From positions 65,791 through 129,790 of the forward strand of contig SVFM01000002.1 of NCBI GenBank assembly GCA_015056865.1: a stretch of DNA of 64,000 bases, read 5' to 3'. The DNA comes from Lachnospiraceae bacterium (lineage in GTDB: Bacteria; Bacillota; Clostridia; Lachnospirales; Lachnospiraceae). This document shows, piece after piece, positions 47,222-56,569 of the stretch. The position numbers and the translations under genes are program-made. Position 1 is the first letter of the stretch. Each line of letters begins with the position of its first letter. The notes under the pieces are model-generated. The model had not been told where the DNA came from and ran no database searches. It was given only the letters and a program-made list of their open reading frames with translations.

Positions 47222-47248
47222 AGAACCCTCCATTTATATTACTCTTTT

Positions 47249-47338
47249 AGGAACGGAAAAGCGGAGTGTCAGAGTCCAAAGGGCCTGAAAGATTGGTGAA
47301 AGGCCCTTTGGACTCTGACACTCCGCTTTTCCGTTCCT
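47249..47338. repeat. perfect 38-bp-stem palindrome, copy D (no conserved core)
   Basis: 47249-47286 is exactly complementary to 47301-47338, with a 14-nt loop. The arm carries gcggagtg, which resembles the cacggagtg of the A/B/C cores. Confidence 0.85.
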
Positions 47339-47383
47339 TACAGTTCTATTCTACTCTATTTTCTACTACTTTGCCACACTAAT

Positions 47384-47419
47384 TTTAAAATGCAAAAAGC
47401 CCGGGGAAACCCGAGCTTT
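47384..47419 (-). terminator. Rho-independent terminator of the ECF sigma gene
   Basis: On the minus strand: AAAGCTCGGG-TTTC-CCCGGGCTTT (10-bp stem with one GU pair), then TTGCATTTTAAAA. Confidence 0.6.
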
Positions 47420-47559
47420 CGCATTTTCTTATGAGGGGGGGAGATAGTGAATTCATCAACTATCTGTAATTCACTATACCTTCTAAATGTGTCTTTTCTG
47501 TGTTCAAATTATAAGGAAAAAATTAATTCCCCATTAAGAAATTGTAACTTGATCCCACC

Positions 47560-48066
47560 TCATCTTGCCCCACTTATTTCCAGACAAATCCCTTCCAGAA
47601 CTTTCTTTCTATATCTATGCATCCTGACCTTCAGGCAGTTCTCCGTAATCCCCAGCTGCATTGCAAGTTCACTACCGGTACATCCCAACACATAATACTG
47701 CCAAAAAATTTTTGCCTCTTCTTTTCCCAAAAGCCTGCACAATGTCATTTTCCACTCCGCTTCACCATACAGATTGTCGCAACCTCCAAATTCCTGCACT
47801 CCATCCAGATCCACACTTGCCTTCTTGAATTTTCTTGTGTAATTACGCAGTTTATAAACCGCTGTTTTATACAACCAACCTTTTACATTGTCATGTTGTA
47901 GTAAAATATCACACTGCATAAGCGCCTCAAAAAAAGTTTCCTGAAGTACATCCTCTGCCATATCACTATTTCTGCATATACTGGTAATATACCGCAAAAG
48001 ACCTTCATAAGTTTCCATGTACAGCTGTTGAATAAAGCAATCATTAAACACGTCCATAACCTCCAT
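47560..48066 (-). CDS. ECF-type sigma-70 family RNA polymerase sigma factor
   Basis: 168 aa. Region 2 (AEDVLQETFFEAL..WLYKTAVYKLRNY) and a region 4 HTH (SELAMQLGITENCLKVRMHRYRKK). Confidence 0.8.
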   Translation of the reverse strand: MEVMDVFNDCFIQQLYMETYEGLLRYITSICRNSDMAEDVLQETFFEALMQCDILLQHDNVKGWLYKTAVYKLRNYTRKFKKASVDLDGVQEFGGCDNLYGEAEWKMTLCRLLGKEEAKIFWQYYVLGCTGSELAMQLGITENCLKVRMHRYRKKVLEGICLEISGAR

Positions 48067-48222
48067 TTCTTATGGATTTTATCCTTTGTATTTCACACTG
48101 CTTATTGTGTGCTCCAGTATCCAGCCGCCCCTCTCACCTCCTCCTGAATACTTACACCTATATATCCCTGTTTTTTTATAAAAAGTAACAAAAAGAAAGA
48201 AATTTTTATTTTTTATAATCTA

Positions 48223-48276
48223 TTGACAATCCGCATATACTATGCTTACATATACATATGAACAATTATTCATTTG
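48223..48276 (+). promoter_or_regulatory. promoter plus ArsR/SmtB-type operator upstream of the metal ATPase
   Basis: TTGACA at 48223-48228, with weak -10 candidates 17-18 nt downstream. An imperfect inverted repeat CATATGAACAA|TTATTCATTTG (48255-48276, 9 of 11 positions paired) has a TGAA..TTCA core like known SmtB-family operators. Confidence 0.45.
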
Positions 48277-48295
48277 TCAGGAAGGGATACTCCAT

Positions 48296-50506
48296 ATGAA
48301 CATAGAATCACATCACCATCACACAGAACACTGTTGTTGTGAACACGAGCATCATCATGAACATCATCACGCCGAAAAGCAAACTCCGGATACTACTTGT
48401 CCCAAGCACCTCTACCTACTGAAAAACCTGGGCTGTGCAAACTGCGCTGCCAAAATGGAAAAACGCATCAGCGAACTGCCGGGCGTAGAATATGCAGCTA
48501 TCACATTTACTACCCGACAGCTTTGTTTGGCCACAAAACACCCGGAGGAACTATTACCGGAAATTCAGGCGATCTGCTCCTCCATCGAGTCCCAGGTGAT
48601 CGTAACCCCTCTGAAAAAGCGCCCCGCTGCCGTTACTCATAACCACCATCACGAGGAACATGAGTCTCCTCACAGAGATCTGATCTGTATCATCGCAGGA
48701 GTCATCTTCTTCGCAGCCGGTCTATTGACAGAAAATCCATTGCCGCTATTATCCGTCTGCTGTTTTGTTCTGGCCTATTTGATTCTTGGTTTGGAGATTT
48801 TATGGTCTGCTGTAAAGAATTTAAAGAACGGAAACCTTTTTGATGAGAATTTTCTTATGGGAATTGCCACCATCGGCGCCTTTGCAATTGCACAGTATGA
48901 GGAAGCAGTGGGTGTCATGCTCTTTTATAGGATCGGCGAGTGGTTTGAACACAAGGCTGTGGCACGAAGCCGCAGTCAGATCATGGAGGCGCTGGATCTG
49001 CGCCCGGAAACAGTACAGCTGCAGACCGGCAACACCCTCCGCACCATTCCCGCAGAGGAAGCTGCTGTAGGCGACATTCTGCTGGTACGTCCTGGCGACC
49101 GCATTCCTCTGGATGGGGTTGTGACCGAAGGCGAAAGCCGCATCGATACTTCTCCCATCACAGGCGAACCCGTGCCGGTGACAGTATCTGTGGGAAGTCC
49201 TGTGACCTCCGGTTGTTTAAACACTTCCGGATTGCTTCATATAAAGGTAGAAAAACCACTGGAGGAATCCATGGTCTCCCGCATTTTGGACTCTGTGGAA
49301 AATGCCGCTGCAAGCAAACCTAAAATCGACCGCTTTATCACTCGTTTTTCCAGAATTTATACACCTATTGTTGTAGTCCTGGCACTGTGTACCGCCATTT
49401 TACCCTCACTGTTTACGGGCGACTGGGGAAAATGGATTTACACTGCCCTTACTTTCCTGGTTATCAGCTGTCCCTGTGCACTGGTTCTCAGCGTGCCTCT
49501 GGCATTTTTCTCGGGCATCGGTGCAGGATCCAAGCAAAAGATTCTGTTTAAAGGCGGCACCTCCATCGAGGCTTTGAAAAACATAAAAAATGTTGTTATG
49601 GATAAAACCGGCACCATCACAAAGGGAAACTTTGTCTTACAACAGATTGCAGGCATCCTGCCCGAAGATACACTGCTTTCTCTGGCCGCCTCCTGTGAAA
49701 GTGCCTCCACACATCCTATTGCGATCAGCATCCTGCAGGCCGCTGGGAAGCGAGACCTCACTTGGGACACACCCATTGAGTTGTCCGAAATATCCGGGCG
49801 GGGCATCCTGGCAAAAACCCCAAAAGGTACGCTGCTCTGCGGCAGCGCCAAGCTGCTGGAAGAACAGGGACTCTCCGTTGTCGATTACCATCTGCCAGAC
49901 TACGGAACCCAGATACTGTTGGCGCTTGACGGTCTTCACATCGGTACACTGATCATCTCAGATACCATAAAGAAAGATGCTGTGTCCGCTATTGTTAAAT
50001 TAAAACATAAAAAAATAGCCACCGCAATTTTGACCGGTGACTCCCTGACCAACGCAAGATCTGTAGCCAAGCAGGTAGGTATTGCCGAAGCCAATGTCCA
50101 CGCCCAGCTGCTCCCTGATGAAAAAGTACACCAATTACAAAAAATTCGCCAGTCCCATGGCAGTGTCATGTTCGTAGGCGATGGTATCAATGACGCACCT
50201 GTTCTTGCCGGTGCCGATGTAGGCGCCGCCATGGGCAGTGGCGCAGATGCTGCAATTGAAGCTGCTGATGTGGTATTTATGACCTCCGATATGGAAGCTA
50301 TCCCACGCGCCATTCAGATTGCCAAAACCACAGGTCGCATTGCCATGCAAAACGTCATCTTTGCCCTGAGCATCAAGGCAGCGGTCATGGTCCTTGGCCT
50401 GATGGGCTATGCTTCTATGTGGTTTGCAGTCTTTGCAGACAGTGGCGTGGCTGTGCTATGTGTGCTGAATTCCATAAGGATTCTGTATCAGAAAAAAATA
50501 AGATGA
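48296..50506 (+). CDS. heavy-metal (Zn/Cd/Co-type) P1B ATPase
   Basis: His/Cys-rich N-terminus (HHHHTEHCCCEHEHHHEHHH), an HMA domain with GCANCAAK, a CPC in the TM helix (SCPCALV), DKTGT and GDGINDAP. ATG at 48296; the track start at 48242 lies inside the promoter. Confidence 0.92.
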   Translation: MNIESHHHHTEHCCCEHEHHHEHHHAEKQTPDTTCPKHLYLLKNLGCANCAAKMEKRISELPGVEYAAITFTTRQLCLATKHPEELLPEIQAICSSIESQVIVTPLKKRPAAVTHNHHHEEHESPHRDLICIIAGVIFFAAGLLTENPLPLLSVCCFVLAYLILGLEILWSAVKNLKNGNLFDENFLMGIATIGAFAIAQYEEAVGVMLFYRIGEWFEHKAVARSRSQIMEALDLRPETVQLQTGNTLRTIPAEEAAVGDILLVRPGDRIPLDGVVTEGESRIDTSPITGEPVPVTVSVGSPVTSGCLNTSGLLHIKVEKPLEESMVSRILDSVENAAASKPKIDRFITRFSRIYTPIVVVLALCTAILPSLFTGDWGKWIYTALTFLVISCPCALVLSVPLAFFSGIGAGSKQKILFKGGTSIEALKNIKNVVMDKTGTITKGNFVLQQIAGILPEDTLLSLAASCESASTHPIAISILQAAGKRDLTWDTPIELSEISGRGILAKTPKGTLLCGSAKLLEEQGLSVVDYHLPDYGTQILLALDGLHIGTLIISDTIKKDAVSAIVKLKHKKIATAILTGDSLTNARSVAKQVGIAEANVHAQLLPDEKVHQLQKIRQSHGSVMFVGDGINDAPVLAGADVGAAMGSGADAAIEAADVVFMTSDMEAIPRAIQIAKTTGRIAMQNVIFALSIKAAVMVLGLMGYASMWFAVFADSGVAVLCVLNSIRILYQKKIR

Positions 50507-50509
50507 TCA

Positions 50510-50549
50510 AAGGCGCTGCGTTAAGAATAAACTCTTAATTCAGCGCCTT
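50510..50549. terminator. hairpin between the convergent ATPase and ArsR genes
   Basis: 9-bp stem aaggcgctg/cagcgcctt with an inner ttaaga/tcttaa stem. No clear U-tract. Confidence 0.4.
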
Positions 50550-50552
50550 AAA

Positions 50553-50903
50553 TCATTCTTCGATATGATCCAGTCCCTGGCTGAGGATGGTCACAATGTG
50601 ACTGTCTGCCAGGGAATAAAATATGGTCTTTCCCTCCCGCCGGTTTTTTACCAGATCCATCTGCTTCAACACCCGAAGCTGATGAGAAATAGCCGACTGG
50701 GTCATCCCTAAAATCTGCGCGATATCCAGCACACACATTTCCGAACAGAGAAGTACATACAAAATTTTCAATCTGGTTGCATCCCCAAAAACCTTGTAGA
50801 AGTCTGCCAGGTCCTGCATCTCTTCCTCGGGAGGCATGGTTTCATTGACTTTCTGTTCCAATTCTTTACTTACATACAAAAAACCGTTTTGTTCTTCACC
50901 CAT
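50553..50903 (-). CDS. ArsR/SmtB-family metalloregulator
   Basis: Winged-helix core FKVFGDATRLKILYVLLCSEMCVLDIAQILGMTQSAISHQLRVLK. The Cys pair sits in the alpha-3 position. Confidence 0.85.
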   Translation of the reverse strand: MGEEQNGFLYVSKELEQKVNETMPPEEEMQDLADFYKVFGDATRLKILYVLLCSEMCVLDIAQILGMTQSAISHQLRVLKQMDLVKNRREGKTIFYSLADSHIVTILSQGLDHIEE

Positions 50904-50911
50904 AAATTCTC

Positions 50912-51661
50912 TTATTTGTAGTTAACGATCTTACCAAACTCTTCCTTCAGGGAAGCGCCGCCTACCAAACCACCGTCGATGTCGGGCTTTGCAAACAGTT
51001 CTGCCGCATTGGCTGCATTTACAGAACCGCCGTACTGGATGCGGATCTCATCAGCTGTAGCCTGATCATAAACCTCGGCGATGCAGGCACGAATGGCACC
51101 GCATACTTCCTGAGCCTGATCAGATGTAGCAGTCTTACCGGTTCCGATAGCCCAGATAGGCTCGTAAGCGATCACAGCCTTCTTCGCCTGATCTGCGGTT
51201 ACATTCTGGAAAGCGATCTTAATCTGCTGACGGATCCAGTCGATAGTGATGCCCTGCTCTCTCTGGGTCAGAGACTCGCCGCAGCAAATGATGGGAGTCA
51301 GGTCGTGCTCAAATGCTTTCAATACTTTCTTATTTACGGTCTCATCTGTCTCAGCAAAATACTCTCTTCTCTCAGAGTGGCCGATGATAACGTATTTCAC
51401 GCCTGCATCAGTCAGCATAGCGGGAGCAATCTCACCTGTGTAAGCCCCCTTCTCCTCGAAGTACATATTTTCTGCACCGATCTGAATGTTGCTGCCCTCT
51501 ACAGCTGCTACTGCAGGAATGATATCGATGGCGGGTACACAGAATACTACATCCACATCCTCACTTGCCACCAAAGGCTTCAGGGTATCAATCAATTTTA
51601 CTGCCTGGCTGGGAGTCATATTCATCTTCCAGTTGCCGGCTACAATTTTTCTTCTTGCCAT
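50912..51661 (-). CDS. tpiA: triose-phosphate isomerase
   Basis: [27 protein letters not shown]. Confidence 0.97.
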   Translation of the reverse strand: MARRKIVAGNWKMNMTPSQAVKLIDTLKPLVASEDVDVVFCVPAIDIIPAVAAVEGSNIQIGAENMYFEEKGAYTGEIAPAMLTDAGVKYVIIGHSERREYFAETDETVNKKVLKAFEHDLTPIICCGESLTQREQGITIDWIRQQIKIAFQNVTADQAKKAVIAYEPIWAIGTGKTATSDQAQEVCGAIRACIAEVYDQATADEIRIQYGGSVNAANAAELFAKPDIDGGLVGGASLKEEFGKIVNYK

Positions 51662-51686
51662 TTTCTTATCCTCTTTTCTACTTATC

Positions 51687-52910
51687 TTATTTGTCGTCAG
51701 CTGCCTCTACACCGGGAAGTGCCTTGCCCTCAAGGAACTCCAGGGAAGCACCGCCACCTGTTGAGATGTGGGACATCTTATCACCAAAGCCCAGCTGGTT
51801 TACTGCTGCTGCAGAATCACCGCCGCCAATAATGGTAGTTGCCTCGGTCTCAGCCAGAGCCTTTGCCACTGCGATGGTTCCTGCTGCCAGAGTAGGATTC
51901 TCAAATACGCCCATAGGTCCGTTCCAAACAACGGTCTTTGCACTCTTTACAGCCTCTGCATACATAGCTGCAGTCTTAGGTCCGATATCACAGCCCTCTC
52001 TGTCGGCGGGCATATTGGTCACATCATAAACCTCTACCTCTACAGGTGCATCGATAGGGTTAGGGAAATCAGCAATGGTAACAGAGTCAACAGGAAGCAA
52101 CAACTTCTTGCCCAGTTCCTGTGCCTTCTGAAGCATTTCTTTACAATAGTCAAGCTTGGTCTCATCCAGAAGAGACTTACCAACCTCGTAACCCTGTGCT
52201 TTCAGGAAGGTATAAGCCATACCGCCGCCAATGATCAGGGTATCACACTTCTCCAACAGATTGGAGATAACGTTCAGCTTATCAGCAACCTTGGCACCGC
52301 CCAGGATCGCTACAAAAGGTCTAACGGGATTCTCTACTGCGTTGCCCAAGAAGTCGATTTCTTTCTGCATCAGATAACCAACTACGTTCTCGCCGCCCTT
52401 TGCGGTAATAAACTGGGTCACGCCTGCAACGGAAGCATGTGCTCTGTGAGAAGAACCGAATGCATCACATACATACAGATCAGCCAGGTCAGCCAGCTCT
52501 TTGCTGAATGCTTCGCCGTTCTTGGTCTCCTCGGAGCCGCGGAAACGAGTATTCTGAAGCAGAACTACGTCTCCCTCCTTCATGTTCGCCACTGCATTGG
52601 TAGCTTCCTCGCCGGTTACGTTGTAATCTGCAACGAAGACAACCTCTTTGCCCAGCTTCTCGGACAGTCTCTTTGCAACAGGTGCCAGGGACTCTCCCTC
52701 ATTGGGGCCATTCTTAACCTTGCCCAGATGAGAGCAAAGAATCACTTTACCGCCATCATTTAACAATTTCTGAATGGTAGGAAGCGCAGCCACGATACGT
52801 GTTTCATCGGTGATCTCACCGTTCTTCAAAGGTACATTGAAGTCACATCTTACAAGCACTCTCTTGCCTTTTGCGTTGATATCATCTACTGATTTTTTAT
52901 TCAAACCCAT
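51687..52910 (-). CDS. pgk: phosphoglycerate kinase
   Basis: [12 protein letters not shown], and GGGDSAAAV near the C-terminus. Start moved to the ATG at 52910. Confidence 0.97.
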   Translation of the reverse strand: MGLNKKSVDDINAKGKRVLVRCDFNVPLKNGEITDETRIVAALPTIQKLLNDGGKVILCSHLGKVKNGPNEGESLAPVAKRLSEKLGKEVVFVADYNVTGEEATNAVANMKEGDVVLLQNTRFRGSEETKNGEAFSKELADLADLYVCDAFGSSHRAHASVAGVTQFITAKGGENVVGYLMQKEIDFLGNAVENPVRPFVAILGGAKVADKLNVISNLLEKCDTLIIGGGMAYTFLKAQGYEVGKSLLDETKLDYCKEMLQKAQELGKKLLLPVDSVTIADFPNPIDAPVEVEVYDVTNMPADREGCDIGPKTAAMYAEAVKSAKTVVWNGPMGVFENPTLAAGTIAVAKALAETEATTIIGGGDSAAAVNQLGFGDKMSHISTGGGASLEFLEGKALPGVEAADDK

Positions 52911-52996
52911 TTTCAAATCTCCTTTTTGGTTAATCATATAAAAGAAGGTCCGGTCCAAGAGACCGGACCTTCGATAGGTCTTTGTTATCCTCAGGC

Positions 52997-54010
52997 TTAT
53001 GCAAGCTCAGAGAAGTACTTGATGGTACGAACCATCTGGCTGGTGTAGCTGTTCTCGTTGTCATACCAAGAAACAACCTGTACCTGAGTGTTGCCATCTT
53101 CCATGGGAATAACCATGGTCTGAGTAGCATCGAAGATAGAACCGTAGGTGCTGCCGATCACGTCAGAAGATACGATCTCATCAGTATTGTAACCGAAGGA
53201 CTCGGTAGAAGCTGCCTTCATAGCTGCATTGATCTCATCCTTGGTAACTGCACCCTTAACAACTGCAACCAGGATAGTGGTAGAGCCTGTAGGGGTAGGA
53301 ACACGCTGTGCGGAACCGATCAGCTTGCCGTTCAGCTCAGGGATTACCAGACCGATAGCCTTAGCTGCACCGGTGGAGTTGGGAACGATATTGCAAGCGC
53401 CTGCACGGCTTCTTCTCAGGTCACCCTTTCTCTGAGGACCATCCAGGATCATCTGATCGCCTGTGTATGCATGTACGGTAGTCATGATACCGCTCATGAT
53501 AGGTCTGCAATCGTTCAGAGCCTTAGCCATAGGTGCCAGACAGTTGGTTGTGCAGGAAGCTGCGGAAATAACAGTATCCTCGGGCTTTAAGGTCTCATGG
53601 TTAACATTGTATACGATGGTGGGCAGATCGTTTCCTGCAGGAGCAGAGATAACAACCTTACGAGCACCAGCGGTGATGTGAGCCTCAGCCTTAGCCTTGG
53701 AGGTGTAGAAACCGGTACACTCCAGAACTACGTCAACCTTCAGCTCGCCCCAAGGAAGCTTGCTTGCATCAGCCTCTTTATAGATAGTGATGGTCTTACC
53801 GTTTACAGTGATGTTGTCCTCACCTGCAACTACGGTATCTGCATATTTGTATTTACCCTGTGAAGAATCATACTTCAGAAGATGAGCCAACATAGCGGGA
53901 CTTGTCAAGTCATTGATTGCTACTACCTCATATCCTTCAGCATCAAACATCTGTCTGAATGCAAGACGACCAATACGGCCAAAACCATTAATTGCTACTC
54001 TTACTGCCAT
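52997..54010 (-). CDS. gap: type I glyceraldehyde-3-phosphate dehydrogenase
   Basis: INGFGRIGR, and SCTTNCLAP, which contains the catalytic Cys. Confidence 0.97.
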   Translation of the reverse strand: MAVRVAINGFGRIGRLAFRQMFDAEGYEVVAINDLTSPAMLAHLLKYDSSQGKYKYADTVVAGEDNITVNGKTITIYKEADASKLPWGELKVDVVLECTGFYTSKAKAEAHITAGARKVVISAPAGNDLPTIVYNVNHETLKPEDTVISAASCTTNCLAPMAKALNDCRPIMSGIMTTVHAYTGDQMILDGPQRKGDLRRSRAGACNIVPNSTGAAKAIGLVIPELNGKLIGSAQRVPTPTGSTTILVAVVKGAVTKDEINAAMKAASTESFGYNTDEIVSSDVIGSTYGSIFDATQTMVIPMEDGNTQVQVVSWYDNENSYTSQMVRTIKYFSELA

Positions 54011-54148
54011 TTTGTTTTCCTCCTAAAAATAATTTATACTTTTTTGCAACCATGGAAATGATTGTCAAAATTTTATCATCGTTCCTATTTTACATAATCT
54101 GTTACAAGAATTCAAGATGTAAATCGAAAAATATTTTAAAAACTACTT

Positions 54149-54387
54149 TTTTTTTACCTTTCCTTGTATTAGACTGAAAGTGGGTGTCAAAACTGAGTGG
54201 CCCGGAAGGTGCCGGCTAAAGTCCGGCTCAGGCACGCTTTCGCTCCGTGAAAAACGTAACAGTACTAAGCTTTTTTGGCGCGGTAACCGCTTGGTTTTTC
54301 AAGGTCCTTACGCCGGACTTTAGCCGGCACCTTCCGGGCCACCCGGTTTCAACAACACTTGAATCTATTACAAGGAAAGGTAAAAAA
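54149..54387. repeat. nested palindromic intergenic element, copy B (core in reverse orientation)
   Basis: Perfect 31-bp arms 54197-54227 and 54312-54342. Imperfect outer arms extend to identical 19-nt ends (ttttttacctttccttgta and its complement). The core at 54228-54311 is the reverse complement of part of the A/C core. Confidence 0.85.
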
Positions 54388-54388
54388 G

Positions 54389-55210
54389 ATGCCTATTACT
54401 GCTGATTTTCATTTACATACCGCTCATTCCGCTGACAGCCAGGCTCCCATGGAGTCCATGATAGAAAGTGCCATTGCTAAGGGCTTAACCCACATGTGCA
54501 TCACAGAACATATGGACCCGGATTTCCCCCCCAGCCAGGACATCCCCAATGCAGACTTTTGGGTTGTCAACACAGATGCTTATCTCTATGACCTGATCTG
54601 CTGCCGGGAAAAGTATGCCTCACAGATTTCCATCTCCTTCGGCATTGAACTGGGTCTACAGCCAAGTATTGCCAAAAAGCTGGCGGCTTATGCCAAATCC
54701 TATGATTTTGACTTTATCATCGGCTCCACCCATGTGGCAGACGATATGGATCCCTATCACTGTTCCTTTTTTGAAGGACGCACTGAGGAGGAAGGTTATC
54801 GCTCCTATTTCCAGACCACCGTCGACAACATCAAATCCTTTTCCAACTTTGATGTTTACGGACATCTGGATTACGTGGTCCGCTACGGCCCCAATATGGA
54901 CCGGGATTATTCCTATGAAAAATATAAAGATCTGTTTGATCAGATGCTGATGCTTTTGCTGGAAAAAGAAAAAGGCATTGAGATCAATACCGGTGGTCTA
55001 CGCAAAGGCTTAAGAGAAGCCAATCCCTGCATGGATGTGCTGAAACGCTATAGACAGCTGGGCGGTGAGATCATCACCGTAGGCTCCGACGCCCACAAAC
55101 CAGAACAGGTGGCCGAGCACTTCCACCGGGCGGCAGATATGCTGCTGGAGTGTGGATTCCAATATTACACGATCTACCAAAACCGCACCCCGGAATTCCT
55201 GCGGCTGTGA
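54389..55210 (+). CDS. PHP-family histidinol-phosphatase-like hydrolase
   Basis: ITADFHLHTAHSADS, ITEHMD and GSDAH metal-ligand motifs. ATG at 54389. Confidence 0.85.
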   Translation: MPITADFHLHTAHSADSQAPMESMIESAIAKGLTHMCITEHMDPDFPPSQDIPNADFWVVNTDAYLYDLICCREKYASQISISFGIELGLQPSIAKKLAAYAKSYDFDFIIGSTHVADDMDPYHCSFFEGRTEEEGYRSYFQTTVDNIKSFSNFDVYGHLDYVVRYGPNMDRDYSYEKYKDLFDQMLMLLLEKEKGIEINTGGLRKGLREANPCMDVLKRYRQLGGEIITVGSDAHKPEQVAEHFHRAADMLLECGFQYYTIYQNRTPEFLRL

Positions 55211-55233
55211 TATTGCCTTTTTCATTATTATAT

Positions 55234-55494
55234 CTTATAATGAATTACGGCTCGCAGACAAGCCTTAGACAGTGTCGGGGAGGGCAAGTCGGAAAGAGAT
55301 ATAAGGTTTCCGGCATAAGGCCCTTAAAAAACGTCAGTACTTAGATTTTTCAAGCAATTGTGCGCCGAAAAATCTTTAGTACTGCTACGCTTTTTACGGA
55401 GTGAAAACGTGCCTGTTCCGGAAACCTTATACCTCTTTCCGACTTGCCCTCCCCGACACTGTCTAAGGCCTGCCTGCAAACCGTAACTATAATG
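55234..55494. repeat. nested palindromic intergenic element, copy C
   Basis: Arms 55254-55313 and 55418-55477 are complementary with 3 mismatches. Weaker outer pairing extends to about 55234 and 55494. The core at 55314-55417 is roughly four-fifths identical to the copy A core by eye. Confidence 0.85.
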
Positions 55495-55503
55495 GAGAAT
55501 CCT

Positions 55504-56556
55504 ATGAATATAACTGTTGTTTTACCTTCTTTGAATCCTGACGAAAAACTGAATCTGGTCATAAACGGCCTGTTAAAGGAAGGCTTTACAGACATCATTC
55601 TCGTCAATGACGGCAGTGATGCGGCTCATATGCAGCCCTTTGAGCAGGCAGCCACACATCCGGAAGTCACGCTTCTTACACACGAATGCAACAAAGGAAA
55701 AGGACGTGCACTGAAAACCGCATTTTCCTATGTTTTGGAAAACCGTAAAGATACAGCCGGAGTGGTCACTGTAGACGGGGATAATCAGCACACTTCTCAC
55801 GATATCAAAGCCTGTGCTCTTCGATTGCTGTCTGAGAAGGACAAGGTGATTTTAGGCTGCCGCGATTTTCACGGGCCGGATGTTCCCTTCAAAAGCAAGT
55901 TTGGCAACCTGTGCACCGGCACGGTATTTCGGCTTTTCTGCGGTATGAAGATTTCCGACACCCAAACGGGACTGCGCGGTATCCCCTTTACCCATCTGCC
56001 CCTTATGTGTCAGACAAAGGGGGAGCGTTTTGAATATGAAACAGAAATGCTGCTTACTTGCAAAAGAAACAATATTGGCTTCTCGGAAGTTCAAATAGAG
56101 ACGGTATACATAGAAGATAATGCCACATCCCATTTTCATCCCATTCGGGATTCCTTAAAAATATATCGGATGATCCTGAAGTTCGCCTTCAGTTCCATTG
56201 CCTCTTTTTTGATCGACTACGGTTTATTCACCCTGATCCTGTTTTTACTGGGAAACGATACAGACCGTAACATCCGTCTTTTGATAGCCACTTTTGGAGC
56301 CAGAGCAGTTTCTTCCTTTTTCAATTTCTGTGTGAATAAGAAGATGGTCTTTTGCTCCCAGGCAAGCACACTGAAATCTTTGGTCAGATACTATCTGCTT
56401 TGTGTGGTGCAGGCTACTGCATCCTATGGCCTTTTGTATCTGCTTAGCAGTCTGCTGAGTGCAGGTTCCGGGCTTGAAGCTATTTTAAAGCTGGTGGTTG
56501 ATATTTTGTTATTCTTTGTCAGCTTCCGAATTCAGCAAGGTTGGGTGTTCACATAA
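55504..56556 (+). CDS. bifunctional glycosyltransferase family 2 / GtrA-family membrane protein
   Basis: VVLPSLNPDEKL, VNDGSD and VDGDNQH GT-A motifs, followed by four TM helices of GtrA type. The ATG at 55504 follows a GGAGA; the alternative ATG is at 55492. Confidence 0.85.
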   Translation: MNITVVLPSLNPDEKLNLVINGLLKEGFTDIILVNDGSDAAHMQPFEQAATHPEVTLLTHECNKGKGRALKTAFSYVLENRKDTAGVVTVDGDNQHTSHDIKACALRLLSEKDKVILGCRDFHGPDVPFKSKFGNLCTGTVFRLFCGMKISDTQTGLRGIPFTHLPLMCQTKGERFEYETEMLLTCKRNNIGFSEVQIETVYIEDNATSHFHPIRDSLKIYRMILKFAFSSIASFLIDYGLFTLILFLLGNDTDRNIRLLIATFGARAVSSFFNFCVNKKMVFCSQASTLKSLVRYYLLCVVQATASYGLLYLLSSLLSAGSGLEAILKLVVDILLFFVSFRIQQGWVFT

Positions 56557-56569
56557 CATCGGAGGTATT

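Noticed and set aside
48130-48160. Strong AGGAGGAGGTGA sequence 80 nt upstream of the ECF sigma start, considered as the RBS of a leader peptide.
   Set aside because: The only following start is a GTG 2 nt away, giving an 11-codon ORF. The spacing is implausible and nothing else supports it.
48242-48295. Track start codon at 48242 for the metal ATPase.
   Set aside because: This ATG lies between the -35 and the operator of the predicted promoter. The ATG at 48296 gives the His-rich N-terminus MNIESHHHH.
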